Source: a virus (Duplodnaviria > Caudoviricetes). From it: 64,000 nt of DNA. Within the stretch, counting starts at the first letter, position 1. The number at the start of each line of letters is the position of its first letter. This document shows, piece after piece, positions 57,328 through 64,000 of the stretch. The notes under the pieces were generated by a model. It was not told the origin of the DNA, did not search any database, and saw nothing but the letters and a program-made list of their open reading frames with translations. The DNA lies in the IMG/VR virus record IMGVR_UViG_3300014205_000004, positions 60,497-124,496 of that record, one strand, 5' to 3'. Made by a program: the position numbers and the translations under genes.

Positions 57328-58860
57328 CTACCCAACACGGGACGCCACAGACTCAGGTCTGGCCTCCAACAGGACCTCAACTCCCAGGCGTGCTGCAGCA
57401 GGCTGGACGGCATACAGAAACGGCACGTAAGGGCGCACAGCCACGATGCGCCGTTCGTCTAGGTCAAGGTACACGGCCTGAAAGATTGTGCGCACGATGC
57501 GTGCCTGCTCCTCTGGTGTAGTCCAGGGCCATGCCTCAGCAATCGCTTCCAGTTCTTTGACAGACGCCGCGTTCACTGTCTCAGAGGGCAAAGCCAACTC
57601 GGAGAGCTGCGCTTCAATGTTCCTCTTGTCTTCGGTGTACCGGTCCTTCGCGATGTCGCCATCAAGGTAAAGCTCCTGTAGCCGGCTCAAGCGCTGTTCG
57701 AGGCTCTTACGTGTTCGAACAACAGCAACCATGTCGTTGGGCTGGCGTTCTTCCGCCGCAGCACTCACATGCTCCATGACTTTGGAGATGCTTCCAAAGC
57801 TCGCCATGAGTTCGTGCATAAGACCGTCCACACGATGCATGCGAACAGAGTGAACCTTCGCAGGACATGTCACTTGCAGTTCGTTGGCTCTGCACTTGAA
57901 GCTCGGCGATGCGGTCGGACGCAGCTTGTTCACGCCTGTCATTGGCCTGAGCTTCAAGCCGCAACTCGCGCAGTGTGCAACAAATCCGAGAAGCCAATGG
58001 TTCTTCACACGCTGCGCACGGACACGCCCGGTGCGCTGCCTGGCGTTACGCACTACGCACACCTTGTTCCAGAGCGCCTCGTCAATCAACGGCTCATGAG
58101 CCCCTTGCAGCTCTGCACCCCGGTAGGTGATGTACCCGACATAGAATCGGTTGTAGATGATGCTCCACGCGTTGTGATCGACGAACCTACTTGGCGAGCC
58201 ACTGCGGGTGTGTGGCCGGATACCTTGGTTGTGTGCCCACCTGGCGAGGGCGCTGAACGACCACTCACCGGAGGCGTAGCGCTCGAACAGCTCTCGAACG
58301 ATAGGGGCTTCTTCCGGGTTCGGCACCGGCGGGAGATGCTTGCCTCCCTCAGCGCGCATGTACCCGAACGGGATGGTGCCGTTCTGGATCCCGTATCGCT
58401 CGGCGCGCGTGCGCAATCCCTTCTGCGCCTCTGCGCCAAGGTTCCGCTGGTAGAACTCTGCCAGCAGGCCGAACATGCCGGCCTGGAGGAAACCCTGGGC
58501 TGTCGTCAACTGGCTCTCGCCCTCGGTGAGCGAGTAGAACCGGACCTTAGCCTTCAGCAGCTCATCAAGGGAGCGCATGAGGACCACGATCTTGCGGCTG
58601 AAGCGGTCGTACTTGTGGACCAGGACAATGTCGAACGCGCCGGTCGCCGCGGCTTGCATCAGCTGGGTGAAGGCTGGCCGTGTGGAAGTGTCTTCGTTCG
58701 AGGCACTCTTGCCTTGATCCTCGTAAACGCGAACAACCTCCATGCCTTCGCGTGAAGCGTAAGCATGGAGGGCGTCGCGTTGGGCATCTATCGAGTACCC
58801 ATCTATCTGGTCTTTGGTGCTCACCCGGACGTAGAGAGCGGCACGTAGAGGACTGGTCAC
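57328..58860 (-). CDS. large serine recombinase (integrase)
   Basis: YVRVST catalytic Ser, YED.G.S, RP.F..L, DRFSR, PFGY, N.FY.G, H.PLI, CASCG zinc ribbon, coiled coil. Confidence 0.95.
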   Translation of the reverse strand: MTSPLRAALYVRVSTKDQIDGYSIDAQRDALHAYASREGMEVVRVYEDQGKSASNEDTSTRPAFTQLMQAAATGAFDIVLVHKYDRFSRKIVVLMRSLDELLKAKVRFYSLTEGESQLTTAQGFLQAGMFGLLAEFYQRNLGAEAQKGLRTRAERYGIQNGTIPFGYMRAEGGKHLPPVPNPEEAPIVRELFERYASGEWSFSALARWAHNQGIRPHTRSGSPSRFVDHNAWSIIYNRFYVGYITYRGAELQGAHEPLIDEALWNKVCVVRNARQRTGRVRAQRVKNHWLLGFVAHCASCGLKLRPMTGVNKLRPTASPSFKCRANELQVTCPAKVHSVRMHRVDGLMHELMASFGSISKVMEHVSAAAEERQPNDMVAVVRTRKSLEQRLSRLQELYLDGDIAKDRYTEDKRNIEAQLSELALPSETVNAASVKELEAIAEAWPWTTPEEQARIVRTIFQAVYLDLDERRIVAVRPYVPFLYAVQPAAARLGVEVLLEARPESVASRVG

Positions 58861-58991
58861 GCGGCTGTCGCCTCGATGTTGTCCCCTTTACTTAGCGCCG
58901 CTCGTCGACGTCTGTCAATGACGATGAGTATTCGTGCGAGTTCGAGCTCTTGAGGCGTGAGCTCTGGCAGCTGTCGCTTGGTGCTAGCCAT
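58857..58991 (-). CDS. 44-aa ORF coupled to the integrase start
   Basis: Translated by hand as MASTKRQLPELTPQELELARILIVIDRRRRAALSKGDNIEATAA; GTGA overlap with the integrase. Confidence 0.55.
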   Translation of the reverse strand: MASTKRQLPELTPQELELARILIVIDRRRRAALSKGDNIEATAA

Positions 58992-59247
58992 TCAGCTTGT
59001 CAGCTGCGACGTCAGCGAGGTGAAACGTACCTGCGATGACTCGAAGGATGACCACCGCGCCGATCGCTTCAGCGTACTCGATAGGCGGCATGGCGCTGCC
59101 AAAGTACTCAGCAACGGACAGGTTCCACCCTGCCCACATCGCCGCCGCGGCGAACAGGACGGAGACCAGGTAGCTGAGAACACTAGAGAGCAGCACAGAT
59201 GCTAGGAGCGACTTGGTTGGCTTGTTGAGGGCTTGCCTGTAGATCAC
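58984..59247 (-). CDS. small membrane protein
   Basis: GGAGG RBS; hydrophobic segments. Confidence 0.6.
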   Translation of the reverse strand: MIYRQALNKPTKSLLASVLLSSVLSYLVSVLFAAAAMWAGWNLSVAEYFGSAMPPIEYAEAIGAVVILRVIAGTFHLADVAADKLNG

Positions 59248-59750
59248 TTTGACCTCCCGGTGGTTGTGCGTCGGGCCGGAGCTCGCCGGCGTGTCGTCGG
59301 AGTGGCAGTCGCGGCCTTCGCGATGGCTTTGGCCGTGCGTTCCGCTTCAGCTGTCTCCATGGTCGCCAAGCGCTTCTTCAGGTCGATTTCCCACTTGGAC
59401 TGGAACACGTTGGAGAACTCCGTGAAGTCGTCGTAAATCTGCGCCTTCATGGCGTTGAAAGTGTCGATGATGGCCTGGCAGTTACGACTGTCTACGTCGC
59501 CGAGGTTTCCGGCACTGTGCCGCAGGAGGGACTGCAGGCTCTCGACCATCGACGAGTAGTACCCGATGAGGCTCTTGACGACAGACTTGTCCGTCTTGTC
59601 AGACTTTGGGGAACGGAACTCGTGGAGCGTCCAATTGTGCTCGCCATCCCACTCGATGCTGTACTGTCCGACCTTGATCGCGGTCCTCTCAGAAAACACA
59701 AAACCAGCTGGCGGTTTGACGATAGGACGGGTGGTTGTCGCTGCGGTCAC
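59244..59750 (-). CDS. hypothetical protein (DUF5405-like pattern)
   Basis: I.VG.Y.I..D...W.L.E...LIGYYSS...L..L; family assignment from recall. Confidence 0.55.
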   Translation of the reverse strand: MTAATTTRPIVKPPAGFVFSERTAIKVGQYSIEWDGEHNWTLHEFRSPKSDKTDKSVVKSLIGYYSSMVESLQSLLRHSAGNLGDVDSRNCQAIIDTFNAMKAQIYDDFTEFSNVFQSKWEIDLKKRLATMETAEAERTAKAIAKAATATPTTRRRAPARRTTTGRSK

Positions 59751-59971
59751 GCTGCTGCACTCCTCGGTCGCTTGGTCGCCGCGCCGCGGCGGTTCACTGG
59801 CACGTCGTTGAACCCGTACTCGTCTTCAGCGACAGGCTTGAAAAGCCGGCTCGTCGAGCACTTCTTGCAGCGCCCCGGAGTCGGCTGACTGCCTATCGCC
59901 TCGTCCAGGACCCACCAGTGCGGAGGGCACTTCGTGGTCTGGTCCGCCATCGTCACCGACGCCTCAAGCAT
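59747..59971 (-). CDS. small Zn-binding protein
   Basis: C..HWW.......G....G.CKKC; GGAGG RBS; start 59971 or 59950. Confidence 0.65.
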   Translation of the reverse strand: MLEASVTMADQTTKCPPHWWVLDEAIGSQPTPGRCKKCSTSRLFKPVAEDEYGFNDVPVNRRGAATKRPRSAAA

Positions 59972-60767
59972 TGATTGCCTCCCAATCCTGCACTCGAAGG
60001 TCCTGCAGGTTGCCGCGGACCGCGTCCCACACTTCGAAGAGCTGGTCCTTGTGCGGCCGGATACGCCCGAGCGGACACGCTGCCCAGTCCTTTTGGGACT
60101 CGTCGCAGTAGCCCAGGCGGAACTCGCCGCACTTCGGCTGCATGTACTTGCCGAGTTCCGGGATGACCCGCATGACTTCGGCACGCATCAGCGCCATGAC
60201 TTTGCGGAACTCCCACTGGGCCCTGGTGCAGAGGCGAAGGTCAGCCATGTGCAGCAGCTGCTGGAAGTTCACGGTGACCTTGAAGTTGGTGCTCGTGGCG
60301 TTCGGCAGAACGAAACGAGCGTCTTCCGGCGGCACACCGTTCGACACCAGCTGGTCGTAGGTCCACTGGATGTTGCTCATCAGCGTGTCGTAGATGTCCG
60401 CGTTCTCGTCGTCGCTCGCGATGGACTTCGGGGTGATCCGCGGGAAATACGCGTCGGCATACGACACGTACCGCTGACTCTGCTGCTCGAACGAGATGCC
60501 GATGCGGTGACGCACGAATTGGTGGCTGAAGGCCCTAGATACGCCAGAGATGACGAACTCGAAGTGGACCTGCTCCAGCGGGCTGGCGTGGCCGGTCTTC
60601 AAGCGTTCCGTGACGAACTTGAGCATCGTTTCGCGGGTGATCTTTTCGCTCTCGATGCGGTCCAGGACCTGCTGCGGGGTGAGTTCGCTGTAGCAGACGC
60701 GGAACGCTAGGTAGAGCGACTTGATGGGGTCGGCGGTGTGCGAGACCAGGGTGACTTGCGGTTTCAT
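59964..60767 (-). CDS. thyX: flavin-dependent thymidylate synthase
   Basis: GHASPLE, SRAFSHQFVRHR.G.SFEQQSQRY, EDARFVLP, AQWEFR. Confidence 0.95.
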   Translation of the reverse strand: MKPQVTLVSHTADPIKSLYLAFRVCYSELTPQQVLDRIESEKITRETMLKFVTERLKTGHASPLEQVHFEFVISGVSRAFSHQFVRHRIGISFEQQSQRYVSYADAYFPRITPKSIASDDENADIYDTLMSNIQWTYDQLVSNGVPPEDARFVLPNATSTNFKVTVNFQQLLHMADLRLCTRAQWEFRKVMALMRAEVMRVIPELGKYMQPKCGEFRLGYCDESQKDWAACPLGRIRPHKDQLFEVWDAVRGNLQDLRVQDWEAINA

Positions 60768-61972
60768 CAGAGTCCTTTGTAGTTGATGACGGCGGAGAGC
60801 TTGGCGACGGGACGAATGAGGTCGACCGAGTCGGCCATAACGACTTCGATAGGCTTGTAGGCGCTTGGGGCTTCGTCTAGAAGTGCGTCCGCGTAGCTGT
60901 TCAGCCACGTCCGTCCAGCCATGTCCTCACGGAACTGCTCTACGTCGAGGGTCTTGCGGGCGACGTTGCGCCCGAGCAGCCGGCCAGCTCCGTGAGGCGA
61001 CGTGCAGTAAGACTCTTCATTGCCCAGGCCCGCGATGATGTAGGTGTCGGTGCCCATACTCCCCGGCACTACGCCGAACATGCCGACACTCGCGTTAATC
61101 GCTCCCTTGCGGGTGAGCCAAAGACCAGGCTCGATCTCCTCGGCGTAGTTGTGGTGGCAGTTGACACGGACCCCGGTTGCCAGGGAGTCGACGGGCAGGC
61201 CGACACCTAACTCAACCGCAAGAATGAGGTTGTCCATCATTGCTTCGCGCTGAGCCGCGGCGTACTCCTGGCCCCACAACATGTCATGCACGTACGCGTC
61301 GTACTGCGGGGTGTCCCGCTGGACGTACGCGAACTCCTTGCTCTCCAGGCGGATGTACTGCTTGGCGCAGAGGTCCTGAGCGACCTTCACGTGGAAGTTG
61401 GCAAGCTGGTTGCCTGCTCCACGAGAGCCTGAATGCAGGACGAGCCACACACGGTCGGACTCATCCACAGACACTTCGACGAAGTGGTTGCCGCTACCAA
61501 GAGTGCCGAACTGGATGGCCGCGGTGGCGCGGAACGAGTCCTTACCCTTCAGGACATTCTTCTCAGCCACGGGCCAGCCGTGGTCATGGAAGAAGTTCTC
61601 CGCCTGGTGGATTGGCCGGGCGTGGCTGTTGCCCATCCCAGACGGGATGAGCTTGCGGATGTGCTCCAGAATGCGTTCCTCGTGCCCGATGAGGTTGAAC
61701 CGCTCCAGTTCGGTCTTGACGGCAATCATCCCGCAGCCGATGTCCACGCCGATCGCGTAGGGCATCAATGCGTCACGGGTCTTGAGCGCGGATCCGACTG
61801 GAGGACCGAAACCGAAGTGGGCATCCGGCATCAGAGCCAGGTAGCCTTCCACAATCGGTGCGCGGCTGATGGCCTCTGCCTGTCGCCGGCAATTGTGATC
61901 CAACAGCGAGGCCCAGGAGCGGACTTCGCCCTCGCCGCGGGCGGTGCTTGTCTTGAATACTTCGATGGCCAT
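60767..61972 (-). CDS. rtcB: RtcB RNA ligase
   Basis: MPDAH, GVDIGCG, GTLGSGNHF.E, HSGSRG, HHNY, RKGA, PGSMG, HGAGR, DEAPSAYK. Confidence 0.95.
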   Translation of the reverse strand: MAIEVFKTSTARGEGEVRSWASLLDHNCRRQAEAISRAPIVEGYLALMPDAHFGFGPPVGSALKTRDALMPYAIGVDIGCGMIAVKTELERFNLIGHEERILEHIRKLIPSGMGNSHARPIHQAENFFHDHGWPVAEKNVLKGKDSFRATAAIQFGTLGSGNHFVEVSVDESDRVWLVLHSGSRGAGNQLANFHVKVAQDLCAKQYIRLESKEFAYVQRDTPQYDAYVHDMLWGQEYAAAQREAMMDNLILAVELGVGLPVDSLATGVRVNCHHNYAEEIEPGLWLTRKGAINASVGMFGVVPGSMGTDTYIIAGLGNEESYCTSPHGAGRLLGRNVARKTLDVEQFREDMAGRTWLNSYADALLDEAPSAYKPIEVVMADSVDLIRPVAKLSAVINYKGL

Positions 61973-62184
61973 TAGAAGCCTGGCTCCTCTGTTTTGAACG
62001 CCTCGATGGGGTTCAGGAAATCGTTGTCGTCTCTGCCGTCCTCGAAGTCGTACCCGTCGGGGAAGTACTCGTCGCAGTGGCAGCAGTGGTAAGCGAGCGT
62101 CTGCCCGGGAAAGCCCGAATACGGCCTTGCGGACAGGCAGTGCTCGCCGTAACAGTCGTTTGGGCATGCAGGCTCTCGGGCCAT
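61972..62184 (-). CDS. small Cys-rich acidic protein
   Basis: GGAGG RBS; TAATG coupling on both sides; CPNDC...CCHC. Confidence 0.6.
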   Translation of the reverse strand: MAREPACPNDCYGEHCLSARPYSGFPGQTLAYHCCHCDEYFPDGYDFEDGRDDNDFLNPIEAFKTEEPGF

Positions 62185-62528
62185 TAAGCTGCTACCTCCT
62201 CGAACTGGAACTGGTGGTTGTGAGGGTGAGGAGGGCGACCACCGAGCCGATAGCTGAGGTCGCTGAGGATGCACCAGCAGCGCCAGTAATTGTCTGAAGC
62301 TCGGCACTTGCGCTGGAACTTCGTGCGGTGCTCGCTGTTCGTGTACCGGTAGGTGAGTGAGCACCGGAAGCAAACGTGGAAGACCCGTTCATCTCGCATA
62401 CCGGACGAACTGGTGAACACGGCCTCGATCTTCTCCAGTTTTCCCGGCGCATCGCAGCGCATGCAGATGGGGGGAGCAGGAAACTCTGCTTTCGCTACCA
62501 CCGGCGGCGCTTTACGGATGCGGCTCAC
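62184..62528 (-). CDS. Zn-binding hypothetical protein
   Basis: CMRC...CFRC, further Cys and His residues. Confidence 0.6.
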   Translation of the reverse strand: MSRIRKAPPVVAKAEFPAPPICMRCDAPGKLEKIEAVFTSSSGMRDERVFHVCFRCSLTYRYTNSEHRTKFQRKCRASDNYWRCWCILSDLSYRLGGRPPHPHNHQFQFEEVAA

Positions 62529-63568
62529 GATGTCACCGCCAGCTGACCGCAGGTAGGGCAGGGCCCGTAGTGCGATACCTTCTCCTGGAGAGCCAGGATC
62601 TCGGCGGCCACCGCTTTGACTGCCGGCTCAGCGCCTTTGACCTGTGCCTCCGCCCGGTCGTACGAGACTGCCTTAGCAGACGCCTGAGCTACCAGGTGGA
62701 CGATGTCGATGCACTCATCAAGGGATCCAACCGTGACTGCGGGTAGGTCGCCAACGCGGTCTTCGGCCTGGGCGAGTCTCCGGGCTTGGCTGCAGGCATC
62801 AATGGCTTGCTTGACGTCCTGGAGAGCGGCGTCGATCTCGGCCACCGTGACCTTCGGTACGCGAAGGTCCTTCTTCAGCTTGTCGAGAGTCGCAAGCTTG
62901 ACGCGCGCCTCCGCCACCACCTGCTCGACACCGAGCAGTTCTTCGCACTCGGTCTCCCAGGCGAGGAGCCTTTCCTGCGCTTCATCGAGGCCAGCGAACG
63001 CCGCGAGCTGCTCTTCTTTGGCGGTGACCTGGTCGTCCAGGTCTGCTGCTCGCTGGCGAGCCCGCTTCAGGTCGCGGTTGCATTCCGCCGCAGCCGAGAC
63101 CACGACGTCGAGCTGAGTCATCTTGGCGAGGACCCGAGCGGCCTTGCCGGCACTTTCGCGGAGGAGGAACGGCGGGTCGAACTGGTCGCTTACCTGCGGG
63201 GTCAGCTTGGTCCCATCAACGTCCAGGGTGCGGATACCGAGCAGCGCCTGGATCTCTTCCGGGACGCTCTGTCCAATCTTCGTGAAGACGCGCTCCCCTT
63301 CGGTGCCCTCGTCAACGACGTAGCGGCCGGTCTTACCCTTCATCCAGGTGACTTTGTTCCCGGACGAGAGCTCAACGGTGACAGCGGCGTACGCCTCCCC
63401 GCGGTGGATGAACTCGTTGCCCGCCTCATTGAAGGCCAGGGCCGCGAGGGCCCGCACAGCCGCGGACTTGCCCTTGTTCGACTCACCGACAACAACTGTC
63501 AGGGGAGCGAGTTCGAGGCTCACGTCCTTCAAGCTTTGGTAGTTCTCGATCTGCACTGACTTCAACAT
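62525..63568 (-). CDS. Rad50/SbcC-like N-terminal half (Walker A, coiled coil, zinc hook)
   Basis: IENYQS, GESNKGKS Walker A, Q-loop (SDQFD), coiled coil, terminal CPTCGQ. Confidence 0.88.
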   Translation of the reverse strand: MLKSVQIENYQSLKDVSLELAPLTVVVGESNKGKSAAVRALAALAFNEAGNEFIHRGEAYAAVTVELSSGNKVTWMKGKTGRYVVDEGTEGERVFTKIGQSVPEEIQALLGIRTLDVDGTKLTPQVSDQFDPPFLLRESAGKAARVLAKMTQLDVVVSAAAECNRDLKRARQRAADLDDQVTAKEEQLAAFAGLDEAQERLLAWETECEELLGVEQVVAEARVKLATLDKLKKDLRVPKVTVAEIDAALQDVKQAIDACSQARRLAQAEDRVGDLPAVTVGSLDECIDIVHLVAQASAKAVSYDRAEAQVKGAEPAVKAVAAEILALQEKVSHYGPCPTCGQLAVTS

Positions 63569-64000
63569 CAGGCTGCCTCGTCCATTTCCATGTCTTCGTC
63601 GATCTCGTCGTCCACGACGTCGTCGAGGATGTGCCACATGCGAGACTCGGGCGGGTAGACAAACCCAGCCGGCAGTTTCGAATGCAGTATCCCGAGCAGG
63701 TCAGGGTTGTCGCGGAGGACGCGGGTGAATTCCTTCTGGTAGAAGGTCTTGGACTCTTTGCCTTCGATGTCCAGGGCGTACCGCGAGCCCTTCTTGACGA
63801 TCACGCCAGTCTGCAGGCCCAGCTGGAAGAACCCTTCGATGATGTTGATGCCTCCAGGATTCGCGAAGCTGACTTCGAACGTGGCTTCACGAAATGGCGC
63901 GGCAATCTTGTTCTTCTTGTTGCGGGCGCGAGACGTGATCCCAATGATTTCCTTGGTCTTGGGATCCGGAATCTTCGTGACTTGCGCCACTTCCATACCG
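63568..64000 (-). CDS. recA: RecA-like recombinase, C-terminal part (truncated by window edge)
   Basis: KNKIAAPFREATF, GI......LG...GVI.KKGS.Y. Confidence 0.8.
   Translation of the reverse strand, partial: GMEVAQVTKIPDPKTKEIIGITSRARNKKNKIAAPFREATFEVSFANPGGINIIEGFFQLGLQTGVIVKKGSRYALDIEGKESKTFYQKEFTRVLRDNPDLLGILHSKLPAGFVYPPESRMWHILDDVVDDEIDEDMEMDEAA

Noticed and set aside
1-64000. Wholesale UGA reassignment (genetic code 4 or 25)
   Set aside because: Genes are intact under code 11 and many end in TGA with ATGA/GTGA coupling; the TGA-ending genes I checked (endolysin, 54077, 53635) do not read through into a next in-frame gene.

Overview
GC-rich window from a large tailed phage, probably a temperate siphovirus. 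It has no tail sheath gene, a 1648-aa tape measure protein, and a large serine integrase with an apparently intact attP. No terminase or DNA polymerase is visible, so the genome extends beyond the window. The + strand (1-40.9 kb) carries: an accessory block with a CAP-domain gene, a Prs-like + Nampt-like pair (NARP1-type NAD+ reconstitution), a MazG-like gene and an aberrant tRNA-like gene with a UCA-containing anticodon loop; a lysis cassette (M23 peptidase plus membrane proteins); the portal; a Fic/NDT moron-like insert; head, neck and tail genes, including a -1 frameshifted tail chaperone; large mosaic tail-tip proteins; and an intein-containing metallophosphoesterase. The - strand (40.9-64 kb) carries nucleotide and recombination genes (dCMP deaminase, HNH, RNase H, RuvC, dNMP kinase, Mre11/SbcD, a Rad50/SbcC split into two distant genes, RecA, ThyX, RtcB), interrupted by a second virion-like block with a 2062-aa repeat protein and by the integrase. 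The most notable observations are: (1) the UCA tRNA-like gene together with complete avoidance of TGA stops in 20 consecutive late genes; (2) a 14-aa repeat stalk shared by three mosaic virion proteins; (3) 16 non-structural proteins ending in -AA; (4) the split Rad50; (5) the NAD+ anti-defence pair. All calls come from motif recognition by eye; no database searches were run.
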